Shown here piece after piece: positions 20,387 through 30,666 of a DNA stretch of 64,000 nucleotides. Where the stretch lies: positions 277,981 through 341,980 of the forward strand of contig CAVRUC010000005.1 in NCBI GenBank assembly GCA_963724295.1, read 5' to 3'. The position numbers and the translations under genes were made by a program. The notes under the pieces were generated by a model. The model saw only the letters and a program-made list of their open reading frames with translations, made no database searches and was not told where the DNA came from. The number at the start of each line of letters is the position of its first letter. Positions within the stretch are counted from its first letter, which is position 1. This DNA comes from an uncultured Chloroflexia bacterium. Lineage in GTDB: Bacteria; Chloroflexota; Chloroflexia; Thermomicrobiales; UBA6265.

Positions 20387-21352
20387 CTACGTGCCATCTC
20401 CTTCTCGACTCCTCGACTCCTCGACTAAAGAGACTGGCATCCGACAGACGACCGTATAGGCCGGGTTGAAGACATTGCCGACATCGTAGCCGACGGTCTG
20501 CCCCATGAGGTGGCTGGCGGCAACGGTGTCGAATCCATAGTCGGTTTCCAGCCACGCGAGCATCTCGGTGGTGGCGTGCTGGAGTGCCTGGTCGAGGGGA
20601 CGAGCATTGCCCACGGTGAACAGCTCTGCGCCGTTGGACGTGATGCCGCGAGGCCAGCGAATCGGCCAATCCTTGCGCAGATCGAGCCGCAGCTCCATCT
20701 CCATCGAAACCTCGACGCCGGTGCCGCTGATCTCGCCATCGCCCTGACGGGCGTGCCCGTCACCGGCGAAGAAGAGCGCGCCGGGCACGTTCACCGGGAA
20801 CCAGACTGTCGTTCCCGGCCGGAAGCCACGCCAGTCCATATTGCCGCCGTGTGGCCCGGGGGTCGAGGTGGAGATGGCCTCTCCGTCCGCGGGAGCGACG
20901 CCAAAGCAGCCGATCATGGGGTCCAGGGGTAACGTGAGAGTCGCGAGCGTGGGCGCGGGATCGACCAGGCGCACCGTCCCCGCCTCGACGTCGATCGCCC
21001 AGTTGGCGGTCTCCCGCTCAGGCAGGCGAGACGCCCGCTCAGGATCGACGACGTTCGGCGCCAGAGGGTAGCGCGTCCACCCGATCGCCCGAGATGGGGT
21101 GAGACGAACGATCCTCACTTCGAGCGCATCACCGGGCGCCGCACCTTCCACCCAGATGGGGCCGCTCTGGGGATTGGGACGCTCTCCCCGGTGCACTCCG
21201 TCGAGATCGACCCCCAGGGCATCCAGCGTTTGCATGACGACGGTGTCGCCGGGCTGCACGTGGAGAGCGGGTGGATGTGGGCCCATGGTATTGAAGAAGT
21301 TCTCTGGATCGAAGTGGTGCGTCGCCAAGCGGTTTCCTCCTCGAAGAGCCAA
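20387..21352 (-). CDS. Acetamidase/formamidase family protein
   Basis: GPIWVEGAAPGD, HGGNMD, GDGHARQGDGEISGTGVE. Confidence 0.92.
   Translation of the reverse strand: MALRGGNRLATHHFDPENFFNTMGPHPPALHVQPGDTVVMQTLDALGVDLDGVHRGERPNPQSGPIWVEGAAPGDALEVRIVRLTPSRAIGWTRYPLAPNVVDPERASRLPERETANWAIDVEAGTVRLVDPAPTLATLTLPLDPMIGCFGVAPADGEAISTSTPGPHGGNMDWRGFRPGTTVWFPVNVPGALFFAGDGHARQGDGEISGTGVEVSMEMELRLDLRKDWPIRWPRGITSNGAELFTVGNARPLDQALQHATTEMLAWLETDYGFDTVAASHLMGQTVGYDVGNVFNPAYTVVCRMPVSLVEESRSREGDGT
20402..20426. repeat. Single arm of the AGTCGAGG 8-mer array inside the acetamidase 3' end
   Basis: ttctcgact cctcgact cctcgact. Confidence 0.75.
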
Positions 21353-21432
21353 CCGACCGGCTGGGATTGTCGCACCGGAAATCGGAAGCGCGAGTTGCCG
21401 GAATCACCGTATATGCGATTATCGCGATATTG

Positions 21433-21441
21433 TGATATAAT
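21433..21441 (+). promoter_or_regulatory. Extended -10 promoter (TGnTATAAT)
   Basis: tgatataat about 40 nt upstream of the small ORF at 21480. Confidence 0.65.
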
Positions 21442-21479
21442 CGCTCTGGTTGGAAGTGGGATGATCGAGGAGGAATGTT

Positions 21480-21653
21480 ATGACGATGCTTCGCAACCTG
21501 TTCAATCGCGTGGGCGGCGGCGCCAATGCCCGGTTCGAGCGCTATTACGGCGATGTGGCCCGCGCTGGCGTCGGCTACCCGACGGCGGACGAGGCCCGCA
21601 AGGACATGCAGCAGGTCCACCGTTCCCTCAATCGGTACGGCTGGATTGGCTAA
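21480..21653 (+). CDS. 57-aa small protein absent from the ORF track
   Basis: MTMLRNLFNRVGGGANARFERYYGDVARAGVGYPTADEARKDMQQVHRSLNRYGWIG; SD gaggagg; promoter upstream. Confidence 0.75.
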   Translation: MTMLRNLFNRVGGGANARFERYYGDVARAGVGYPTADEARKDMQQVHRSLNRYGWIG

Positions 21654-21781
21654 TGTCCTGCCCGACGCCCCGCGTTCGGGTGGACCCGCCCAGATGCCCC
21701 CGGTTCTGATCCTCAACGGATGCAGACCGGGGGCATTTTCTTGCTCCCCTTCCGGTCTCCCGTGCTTCTACAATCGCCATC

Positions 21782-23000
21782 ATGTCCAGCACTCCCCTTT
21801 CCCGCGCTGTCGACCCCAGTCCGACGTCCGACCTCGGCAACCCTGAGCTCGTCTCAATCATCCGTGGCGAGATCGGCGCCGCCGGGGGACGAATCCCCTT
21901 CGCGCGATTCATGGAGCTGGCGCTCTACCATCCGGCGTGGGGTTACTATCTCTCGCCCGAGCGCCGCCCAGGACGACCCGGCGACTTCCTGACGGCGCCC
22001 GAAACACATCCCTTTTTTGGCATCACCCTGGCGCGGCAGGTCGCGGAGTGCTGGGAACGCCTCGAGCGCCCCGACCTCTTTGTCGTTCGCGAATATGGGT
22101 CGGGGATCGGAGCACTCGCCTGGGACGTCATTGCTGGACTCACCACGGAGGCGCCGGAGTGCCGCGCGGCGCTCCAGTACCGCCTCGTCGAGACCAACCC
22201 GCACCGCCTGGCACAATCCATAGAGGGACTCACCGAGGGCGGGCTTGGCGACGTGGTCCGTGGGCGAAGAGATTCCCCCCGGCTCCGACCCGGAGCCAAT
22301 CACCGGCGTGGTGATTGCCAATGAGGTTGCCGACGCCCTTCCTGTCCACCGCCTGATCTGGCGTAACGGCTTTCTTCGCGAGGGCTGGGTGGTGTGGTCC
22401 GACGACGGGTTCGCCGAAGAAGAGGGCGAACTCTCGCCGCAGGCAGCCGCAACCGACCCAGAAGAGATGCTGCGGCAGCATGGCATTACTCTCGCCGAGG
22501 GAGATCGCATCGAGATCAGCCCAGCCGCGGCGGCCTGGTTTGCTTCGGCGGCGGGTGGGTTGCAACGTGGCTACGCCATCGTCATCGACTACGGCTACCC
22601 GGCGGCTGAGCTGTACCGGACGCACCGCCTGGCAGGAACTGTCCGCGCCCATCGCGGTCACACCGTGAGCGACGATCCTTTCGGGCATGTCGGGGAGCAG
22701 GATCTCACCGCGCATGTCGATTTCAGCGCCTTGCGGCGCGCCGGCGAAGACGCGGGACTCACGTTCGCCGGGCAGACGAATCAGGGCGCGTTCCTGGCTA
22801 GTCTCGAAATGGGAGACCTGCTCGTATCCCTCGGGAAGGATCCGCAAACGTCACTTCCGGAGTACCTGGCTGCCCAGGCGGCGACCCTGCGCCTGATCGA
22901 CCCGGGCGGGATGGGACGCTTCGGGGTGCTGATCATGGCCCGCGACGCGCCGGTAGTACCGCCTCTCAAGGGGTTTTCGGTGCAACCATTGTCGTTTTAG
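21782..23000 (+). CDS. SAM-dependent methyltransferase, MidA/NDUFAF7 family; frameshift near 22260
   Basis: FARFMELALY.P..GYY, GDFLTAPE, EYGSG.G; second frame ANEVADALP, IDYG, QDLTAHVDF. Confidence 0.88.
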
Positions 23001-23387
23001 ATGGATGGAGGAGAGCCAGCAGTGTATCTGTTCTTGCGTGGGGCGGAGATGCAGCCAGAGCAGGTGCGCGGCGCCTGGCCGGAGGCGCGGTTTGTGGCGC
23101 GGGGCCGGTTGCAGCCACGCCCGCTCGGCGCGGTCGTGCCGCCAGCGGGCGCCCGTTACGAGACCTGGGGCATCGTGATCGAGACGCCCGACGCGCCGGC
23201 CACCGGTGACGCACGCAGTGTGCTCACCGACGACGGCCGCATCTTCGCCGTGACCGTCCCTCCCCCGGACGACGCCGACCCGTCCGCCGTGCTGGCCGCG
23301 GCGCGCTATTGGGAGTTACCGTCGCCCTACGTGCAACGCCTCGCAATTGCCGCGAACGCGCCGGTCGAGGATTACGTCTACCGATAA
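23001..23387 (+). CDS. Hypothetical protein
   Basis: Abuts the previous stop codon; plausible codon usage. Confidence 0.6.
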   Translation: MDGGEPAVYLFLRGAEMQPEQVRGAWPEARFVARGRLQPRPLGAVVPPAGARYETWGIVIETPDAPATGDARSVLTDDGRIFAVTVPPPDDADPSAVLAAARYWELPSPYVQRLAIAANAPVEDYVYR

Positions 23388-23551
23388 GCGGGAACCAGGC
23401 ACAGAGCCGAACCGTTATGTCGATACCAGGCCAGCGTATCTCGATTCGGGATTGAGCCGGGTCCGGATGCGCCACTTCGGCTCTATACTCGAAGCACCAA
23501 TGACGACACGGCCCGGCCTAGCCAAGCGGGCATGACAAGGACAGCAACGAC

Positions 23552-23809
23552 ATGGCGGAAACCGTCCTCAGCATCTTGTTGACACTTTTGCAACTTCTGA
23601 CCTTCGCGCTCATTGGCCGCGCGCTCCTTTCCTGGTTCGACCCGGGAGGACAATGGACCATCACGCGCATGCTAGCGGAAGTGACCGATCCCGTTCTCGC
23701 GCCACTGCGGCGAGTGATTCCGCCGGTCGGCATGCTCGATCTCTCGTTCATCGTGGCGATCATTCTCATCCAGGTTCTCGAGCGATTGCTGCGGCAGGCG
23801 CTTTTGTAG
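23552..23809 (+). CDS. YggT family membrane protein
   Basis: RALLSWF, TDPVLAPLRRVIP..GMLDLS. Confidence 0.92.
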   Translation: MAETVLSILLTLLQLLTFALIGRALLSWFDPGGQWTITRMLAEVTDPVLAPLRRVIPPVGMLDLSFIVAIILIQVLERLLRQALL

Positions 23810-23902
23810 CGAAGTTCAAGAGCACCGGCACGCGCCGCCGGATGCAAGTTCCGGCGGTGCCTCGTTCACGCCAGCCCCCAATTCACACCAGGGAGCATCG
23901 CC

Positions 23903-24409
23903 ATGGCCCATCCGCTGGTCGAACAGTTGCGATTCGCGCGCAGCGAGTTCAGACGGGGTCTGGAGGGTGTCGGCGACGAGGAGGCGCGGCGCCGCATCTT
24001 GCCAATGAACTGCCTCAGTTGGAACATCGGCCACCTGGCGGCGCAGGAACAGCGCTACTGGCTGCTCTACGCTCAGGGCACGATGCCGCTCTCTGAGGTC
24101 GACCGCGCGTTCCGGTATGGATCGCCCGCCTCTACGCCGGCCCTGGCCGAGGCGTGGTCAGCATGGGAGACGATCACGACCGCGGCGGACCCCTGGCTAG
24201 ACGCGGTCAGCACCGAGACGCTGCTCTCGTATGGCACGCGCGACGGCAAGCCAACTGACTACACGCTGGGGTCGTTGCTGCTGCGGAACATCTACCACTA
24301 CTGGTATCACACCGGCGAGAACGCGGCGATCCGCCAGCAACTGGGTCACACCGACCTGCCCGATTTCGTCGGCAATATCGACGACCAGGCGCCATATCGG
24401 GGGTGTTAG
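23903..24409 (+). CDS. DinB family protein
   Basis: SWNIGHLA, HYWYHTGE metal-binding histidines. Confidence 0.85.
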   Translation: MAHPLVEQLRFARSEFRRGLEGVGDEEARRRILPMNCLSWNIGHLAAQEQRYWLLYAQGTMPLSEVDRAFRYGSPASTPALAEAWSAWETITTAADPWLDAVSTETLLSYGTRDGKPTDYTLGSLLLRNIYHYWYHTGENAAIRQQLGHTDLPDFVGNIDDQAPYRGC

Positions 24410-24543
24410 GGTGATGGGGTGATCGGGTGATATGGGGGGTAATTACGCGAGTCAGGCCGGGCGTGAGCCACCGCGAGAACAGTGAGATCCAGTACAGTAC
24501 ACGTATGCAGTAGGCCGATAGAGAGCGGAAGGCTGAGGGGCGA

Positions 24544-24663
24544 ATGGGCGGAATCCGGTTGCTAACGACGCTCTACGCGATCGTTTTCGCATTGCTCATC
24601 CTGATCGTCATTGCCTCGTTCCTTGGCGTCTTCGAGAACCCCCTCATCGACCCGGGCTTGTAG
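24544..24663 (+). CDS. 39-aa single-pass membrane microprotein absent from the ORF track
   Basis: MGGIRLLTTLYAIVFALLILIVIASFLGVFENPLIDPGL; SD gagggg upstream. Confidence 0.65.
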   Translation: MGGIRLLTTLYAIVFALLILIVIASFLGVFENPLIDPGL

Positions 24664-24737
24664 CCGCCTCTTCAGCACCGAGTCCGCGGTTCTCACCTGG
24701 GACGATTTACTCCATGTATTTGGATCGCGTGCTGTCG

Positions 24738-25508
24738 TTATCGCTTGCGGGCTTTCCAGATCTCCTCGCTTGGCCACTTCCGCGCCCACTCTGCGGTCAC
24801 AATCGGGTAGGTGGTGCTCGCATCGGCGGGCGCCTGAATCTCGATCAGGTCGTCGATCTCGAAACCGTTAAGGCGCAGCAGGCGGATCCAATCTCCGTGA
24901 GTGAGGTAAAAGTTGACCGACCCGTCGGGCCACTCGATACGGTGCATCCCGAAGTAGGGTCGCTCCAGGCAGTCCGTGGCCGGCGTGTTCGCATCCGCAT
25001 CGATGGGCGTGCAGACCATCAACAGAGCACTGTTGATCAGGAAGACCAGGTTGCCCCCCGGGCGCAGGAGGCGAGCAGCCTCGGGGATCCAGCGGTAGGG
25101 ATCGCACCAGATCGAAGCACCGTACTCGCTGACCACCAGATCGAAGCTCGCATCCGGAAACTCGGTGTTCTCCGCGTTTCCGAGGGAGAGCGGGAACTCG
25201 AGTCCGAACTGCTGCTGCATGCGGCGAGCGGTCGCGAGCTGAGCTGGTGAGTTGTCGATACCGACCGGATGTGCCCCGCGCCGCGCCAGCCAGGCTGAAA
25301 TGTAGGCGGTGCCGCAGCCCAGCTCGATGACATCCAGCCCCGCTACCGATTCCGGCAATGCGTGAAGCTCGGCCTCTGGTACCCGGAAGATTCCCCACGT
25401 CGGCGTATCGCCGGCCCACGCCTGTGGCGCCCAGGCAGCGTACTCAGCCGCCCAGGTATCCCACACGACCCGGTTTTTCTGGACATGCTCATCATGGTCC
25501 TGCTGCAT
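24738..25508 (-). CDS. Class I SAM-dependent methyltransferase
   Basis: VIELGCGTAY, SFDLVVSEYGASIW, RLLRPGG. Confidence 0.92.
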   Translation of the reverse strand: MQQDHDEHVQKNRVVWDTWAAEYAAWAPQAWAGDTPTWGIFRVPEAELHALPESVAGLDVIELGCGTAYISAWLARRGAHPVGIDNSPAQLATARRMQQQFGLEFPLSLGNAENTEFPDASFDLVVSEYGASIWCDPYRWIPEAARLLRPGGNLVFLINSALLMVCTPIDADANTPATDCLERPYFGMHRIEWPDGSVNFYLTHGDWIRLLRLNGFEIDDLIEIQAPADASTTYPIVTAEWARKWPSEEIWKARKR

Positions 25509-25528
25509 CGCTCCTCCGCGCGGTACTC

Positions 25529-27373
25529 CTAGACCGGCGCGTCCTCCAGTTCCAGACCAATCAGGCGCATCAGGCGCAGGGCATTGGTCGTGGTCGCCAC
25601 ACCCGGCCGCAGCTGATAGTCGAAGGACATGGGCGGAGCGTCCGGTCCCTCTCCAACCGTGTCGGTGAAGTGCACGCTTACTGCCGATTGCACCAGACGC
25701 GGGTCGTCGCCGAGCGCCAGATCGTGCGTCGAGACCGCGCCGATGGCTCCCTGATCGACCAGATAGGCGATTACCCGCCGCGCCGCGACGCTCCGCTCCG
25801 CGGTGTTGGTCCCTTGCAGGATCTCATCCAGGAGGTACATCACCCGTGGTCCACCTTGCTCCCGGGCTTGGGTCGCGGCGTCGACAATCAGCTTCAGGCG
25901 CTGCAGCTCCGCCAGGAAGAAGGAGACGCCGCGCTCCAGCGAGTCCTCTACCCGCGCGCTGGTCCACAACGCGACCGGCGGCAGCACGAGCGCGGCGGCG
26001 CAGACCGGGCCCCCCGCCTGGGCGAGTACGGCATTGACACCAACGGCGCGCAAGAGGGTGCTCTTGCCGGACATGTTCGACCCGGTTACCAGGAGAAAGG
26101 TGCCGGGCGGGCCGATCGTCACGTCGTTGCGTACCCGCGCATCGTCACGCAGCAGCGGGTGCCCGAGCAGGCCGGCGCCAAAAGTATCGGCTTCCCGATC
26201 GATGCTCGGAAACGCCCAGTCGGGATTGTCGCGATATAACCCGGCGAGCGCGGCCAGGGCCTCGGCTTCGCCGAGAGCCTCCAGCCAGCGGCGGGCATCA
26301 CGCCCGCCGTCCCGCTTCCAGCGCTCCAGCGCGAACAGGACGTGCACATCCCACAACGTCAACGCCTGGATCGGCACGTAGAGGACCGACGAGGGCGGGA
26401 TCGCCATTCCGGTCAGCCGCCCCAGGCGGCGTAGCATGGCCGGCGCGCCGCGCTCGCCGGATCCCAACCGCTCCAGGAGGCGCCGCAACGCGGGGTCGGT
26501 GAAATCGGCGGCAGCCAGCACATCGAGCTGACCGGCGTAGGCGGCAATCGCGCGCTGTTCGGTGACGACCTCGGCGATGGTGGCATATGCTCGCCGCGCA
26601 GCGGTGGCGCCGACGAGCAGATTCACGATGAGCGGTAGACCCCAGAGAGGCGCCGTGATGAGGCCGGCCAGGTCCGCAATGCCGAGCACGACGACCGCGC
26701 TCGGACCAAGCCAGGCCACCCAGCGCAGCCACGCGCGATCGCCGAGACCACGCGGATCTTCCGCCCAGGCCAGAAATGGCTCAGGATCCGATTCGGCGTC
26801 CGATGCCGCGCGGCCACGCAGCTCGATCTCGTTCCGCAAATCGAGGAGCGGCGCCAGCTCCATTACCGCGCCTTGCCTGGCGGTCGCGACCGTCGCATCC
26901 GCTGGCGCCAGCAGCCATGTTGCCAGGCTCTCCCGCCCCATGCGGGTCGCGGTCGTATCGAGCAGCTGGAAGAGTGAGGCCCGGCCGACGACGTCGAGAT
27001 CCCCGGCGTAGGGATGATCGGCGGGAACGTCGGGGACCCAGGGCATAGGCAGATCACCCCAGCGGCGGTCGATGCGCGCCAGCGCCTCCTCCTGGATGGT
27101 GCGCAATGTCGCCAGGCGAGCCCGTGTCCTCCCGAGCCGCGCATGGTAGACGGCAAGGACGACGAAGACACCAAGTAGGAGACCCGCCAGCGCCCAGCCA
27201 GCGGGTGCTCGACCCCACAATCCCCAGGCAGCGGCGACCGCCGCGGCAAGGAACGCGACGAGCCGCGCGTTGGCGACGAGGTTCCAGCGGCTGTTGACCT
27301 GCTCGTACCCGGCGCTCGCCGTGACGAGCCGGGATTCATAGGAAAGGCGCGGATCCGTCCCCTCGTTGATCAT
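25529..27373 (-). CDS. Membrane-anchored MutS-domain-V ATPase
   Basis: TM helices, then GHPLL, TGSNMSGKSTLLR, SFFLAEL, LDEILQGTN, STHDL. Confidence 0.9.
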   Translation of the reverse strand: MINEGTDPRLSYESRLVTASAGYEQVNSRWNLVANARLVAFLAAAVAAAWGLWGRAPAGWALAGLLLGVFVVLAVYHARLGRTRARLATLRTIQEEALARIDRRWGDLPMPWVPDVPADHPYAGDLDVVGRASLFQLLDTTATRMGRESLATWLLAPADATVATARQGAVMELAPLLDLRNEIELRGRAASDAESDPEPFLAWAEDPRGLGDRAWLRWVAWLGPSAVVVLGIADLAGLITAPLWGLPLIVNLLVGATAARRAYATIAEVVTEQRAIAAYAGQLDVLAAADFTDPALRRLLERLGSGERGAPAMLRRLGRLTGMAIPPSSVLYVPIQALTLWDVHVLFALERWKRDGGRDARRWLEALGEAEALAALAGLYRDNPDWAFPSIDREADTFGAGLLGHPLLRDDARVRNDVTIGPPGTFLLVTGSNMSGKSTLLRAVGVNAVLAQAGGPVCAAALVLPPVALWTSARVEDSLERGVSFFLAELQRLKLIVDAATQAREQGGPRVMYLLDEILQGTNTAERSVAARRVIAYLVDQGAIGAVSTHDLALGDDPRLVQSAVSVHFTDTVGEGPDAPPMSFDYQLRPGVATTTNALRLMRLIGLELEDAPV

Positions 27374-27440
27374 GAGTGGAGTCTAGAGGCTCAGCGGATT
27401 TCCGGTCGTATACTGCCGGCGATTTGCGGAGGATAGCGAC

Positions 27441-28004
27441 ATGGCACAGACCAAACTCGCCGGCGCCTGGTCCTACGAGGACATTCTCAGTTTTCCTGAT
27501 GATGGTCGACGCTACGAAATCATCGAAGGGGACCTGTACGAAATGCCCTCACCGACGAGCGTCCACGCGGCGACGATCATCAATCTCATCGCATTGCTTC
27601 TGCCCATCGTCGCCAGATTGCACGGTCGCGTGTTCACCGCACCGCTGGATGTCTTTATTCCAGGAGGGGACCCCGTTCAACCAGATGTTCTCGTCGTGCT
27701 TCCAGACGGGAACGCGCGAGTGGAACTGCGCGGCATCGAGGGCCCGCCCGACCTCGTCATTGAAGTCGTGAGCCCGTCCAACCGCGGCCGCGATCTGCTC
27801 ACCAAGCGCTCGCTCTATGCTCGTGCCGGCGTGCGCGAGTACTGGCTGGTCGATCCTGACGCTCGGACACTCGAGATCCTCACCCTCGATCGCGACGCGT
27901 TTCATCTGGCCGCCTCGGCATCCGGCGATCAGACGCCCGTGTCACCGCTGCTCGGATCACTCCCCGCTCGCGTCAGCGATCTCTTCACCGGAATCGATAG
28001 CTGA
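27441..28004 (+). CDS. Uma2-family PD-(D/E)xK endonuclease
   Basis: YEIIEG, VQPDV, PDLVIEVVSPS, K..LYARAGVREYWLVDP. Confidence 0.93.
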   Translation: MAQTKLAGAWSYEDILSFPDDGRRYEIIEGDLYEMPSPTSVHAATIINLIALLLPIVARLHGRVFTAPLDVFIPGGDPVQPDVLVVLPDGNARVELRGIEGPPDLVIEVVSPSNRGRDLLTKRSLYARAGVREYWLVDPDARTLEILTLDRDAFHLAASASGDQTPVSPLLGSLPARVSDLFTGIDS

Positions 28005-28081
28005 TACTTCCGGCCGTCGTTGCCCGCTACGCGTTCCCCGTGCCGGGGATCGGTGCTGGACACGCTCGCCAAGGGAGAGGG

Positions 28082-28852
28082 ATGGCCAGCCCGAAAGCGT
28101 CGATGACCTGGTGGTCGTTTGCCGACCGCGGCGTCTGCGCCGACGATCTCATCCGCGCTGTGGCGTCGATCGGCTATGACGGCATCGAGCTCGCCGACGA
28201 AGCTCTCTGGCCGGCGATCGCGGAGGCGGGGCTGACGATCGTTTCACATCGTGGTCACGGCACGATCGAATCCGGACTGAACCGAACCGAGAACCACGCG
28301 CGTATCGAAGCGGAGATTCTCGCCAACCTGGAGCTCGCCCGGCGCTGGGACATCCCGTTACTGATCTGCTTCAGCGGCAGCCGGGACGGTCTCGCCGGCG
28401 AGGTCGGGATCGAGAACACGGCGCTGGGACTCTCCCGGGTGGCCGGAGCGGCGGAGGACGCCGGTGTCACCCTCGTCCTGGAGCTGCTCAACAGCAAGGT
28501 CGACCATCCGGACTATCAGTGCGACCGAACGGCCTGGGGGCTGGAGGTCATCGAGCGGGTCGGCTCGCCGCGGGTACGGCTCCTCTACGACATCTATCAC
28601 ATGCAGGTCATGGAAGGCGACCTCATCCGCACCATCCAGTCCCACCACGACGCCTTCGCCCACTACCACGTCGCGGGGAACCCCGGCCGGCATGAACCGG
28701 ACCGCTCCCAGGAGGTCTCCTACCCGGCGATCTACGAAGCGATCGCCGCCACCGGTTTCGATGGCTACGTCGGGATGGAGTACATCCCGCGCGCTGGACC
28801 GGTGGAGTCCTTGCGGGCCGCTCTCGACGATTTCCGGGCCGCCACGGGGTGA
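28082..28852 (+). CDS. Hydroxypyruvate isomerase-like TIM barrel
   Basis: ELLNSKVDHPDY, LYDIYHMQVMEG, HYHVAGNPGRHEP, GMEY. Confidence 0.9.
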   Translation: MASPKASMTWWSFADRGVCADDLIRAVASIGYDGIELADEALWPAIAEAGLTIVSHRGHGTIESGLNRTENHARIEAEILANLELARRWDIPLLICFSGSRDGLAGEVGIENTALGLSRVAGAAEDAGVTLVLELLNSKVDHPDYQCDRTAWGLEVIERVGSPRVRLLYDIYHMQVMEGDLIRTIQSHHDAFAHYHVAGNPGRHEPDRSQEVSYPAIYEAIAATGFDGYVGMEYIPRAGPVESLRAALDDFRAATG

Positions 28853-28870
28853 CGGGCCATGAGCCACGAA

Positions 28871-28986
28871 GGTGGCAGGGTGGCAGGGCGGCAGGAAATA
28901 CGCGCGGGCGCAGGCCGCTCGTCGCTCTCCCCACGACCCCGCCACCCCGCTACCTCGCCACCCACCTCTTACCGACTTACCGACTC
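28871..28986. repeat. Inverted 8-mer arrays (GGTGGCAG / CCCGCCAC) plus ACCGACTT units
   Basis: ggtggcag ggtggcag ggcggcag ... cccacgac cccgccac cccgctac ctcgccac ... accgactt accgact. Confidence 0.8.
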
Positions 28987-29032
28987 CGTCTGGTACCATC
29001 GCGACGCTGTCGATTCATTTCAGGAGTAGCCG

Positions 29033-30059
29033 ATGCGGATCGCCGTTGACGCGGCTGGCGGGGACCACGGACCAGCGGTCGTCGTGGTCGGAGCCGTGGC
29101 CGGGGCGAAACGCTTTGCAGTCGATCTCCTTCTGACCGGCGCGGAAGAAGAGATCCAACGCGCACTGGCGGGTCAGAACCTCACCGGTATCGACGTCATC
29201 GTCGCGGACGCCCCGGAGACTCATCGGCGGCGATGAGCAGGCGGCCCAAGCGGTGCGGCGCAAGCCACGCTCGGCAATTGCCGTCGCGCTCGACGCCGTC
29301 CGCGATGGCCGCGCCGACGCCATGGTTTCGGCCGGCAACAGCGGCGCGGTGATGGCCGGCGCGCTCTTGAAGCTCGGGCGAATCCGGGGCATTGACCGGC
29401 CTGCCATCGCCGGCCACCTCCCTTCGATGACTGGCCGGACCCTGGTGCTGGACATGGGCGCGGTCGCTGACCCCCGACCCCAGCACCTGGTCCAGTTCGC
29501 GCAGATGGGGAGCATCTACAGCGAGCAAGCACTCGGGGTGGCCCGGCCGAAGGTCGGACTCTTGTCCAACGGCGAGGAGCCATCCAAGGGGAACCAGCTC
29601 GTGCAGGAGACGTTTCCGCTGCTTGTCAGCGCACCGGGAATCGATTTCCGGGGCAATGTGGAGGGGAACGACATTACGCGCGGCGTCGTCGACGTCGTCG
29701 TCACCGACGGCTTCACCGGAAACGTCGCCTTGAAAACAGCCGAAGGCGCCGCGGCTCTCATCAACGCCACGGTCCGGGATCGCCTGACTGCCTCGCCGTT
29801 CCGTAAGGCTCTGGCGGCGCTCCTGCAGCCGGCCTTCCGCGAGGCGCGGAAAAATCTGGATTACGCCGAGCAAGGCGGAGCCCCACTACTCGGGATCGAC
29901 GGCGTGGTGATCATCTCCCACGGGCGGTCGAACGAGCGCGCCATCGCCAGTGCGATCGGGGTCGCCAAGCAGAGCGTCGAAGGGGATGTCCCGCGAACGA
30001 TCGCCCGCCTGATGGCGACCCTGGAAACTGCACCTCAACCGGCGGCCGCATCCGGGTAG
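29033..30059 (+). CDS. plsX: Phosphate acyltransferase PlsX; frameshift near 29220
   Basis: MRIAVDAAGGDHGP; SAGNSGA, IDRPAI, NGEEPSKG, GNVEG, DGFTGNVALK, GGAPLLG, HGRS. Confidence 0.93.
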
Positions 30060-30117
30060 CTCGCGCCGCGACGGCGTGCTTTCCCGTGTGTTGGGCCTAG
30101 AAACGATGGACGTGCAA

Positions 30118-30143
30118 AGAGCCGGGCGTTTTGCCCGGCTCTG
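30118..30143. terminator. Hairpin between convergent plsX and hup
   Basis: agagccgggc gtttt gcccggctct. Confidence 0.6.
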
Positions 30144-30166
30144 ACGGCTGCTACGTGATTGGCCGT

Positions 30167-30451
30167 TTAGGCGACCTGGCCCTCGACCGATCGCTTCAAT
30201 TGGGTACCCGGCTTGAAGGTCGGGCTGCGGCGCGCGGCGATGGTCATCGCCTCACCTGTGCGGGGGTTGCGGCCCTCGCGGCCAGCACGCTCGACGACCT
30301 TGAACGAGCCGAAGCCGCTGATCTGGACCTCGGTGTTGTTGGCCAGGCTGGTTTGAATTGCATCAAGGAAGGCGTTGATCGCCTTCGTTGCCTGAGCTTC
30401 CGAGAGATTGGCCTCGCTTGCGACTTCCCGAACGAGATCCTGCTTGCGCAC
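30167..30451 (-). CDS. hup: DNA-binding protein HU
   Basis: VQISGFGSF, RAGREGRNPRTGE, PTFKPG..LK. Confidence 0.96.
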   Translation of the reverse strand: MRKQDLVREVASEANLSEAQATKAINAFLDAIQTSLANNTEVQISGFGSFKVVERAGREGRNPRTGEAMTIAARRSPTFKPGTQLKRSVEGQVA

Positions 30452-30666
30452 GCGTGTGCTCCTTTCGTCATCGAATTCCCCAGACGCCCTTCCCCGATTG
30501 GCCGCCTTACCCTGGACCGGCGTGGGCAGGGCAGGCCGGGCATCTGGTCACACCAACGGTCCGGAGTCCGAGTCTACCATCCATTCGTCCGTCAAGTCTA
30601 CGGAAACCCGCGAACATACGCGGAAAATTGGGTACCGGCCCACCCCATTGACCCCGAAGCAGCCTC

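Noticed and set aside
29033..30059. Programmed frameshifting in plsX and other split genes
   Set aside because: No common slippery motif; too many unrelated genes are affected.
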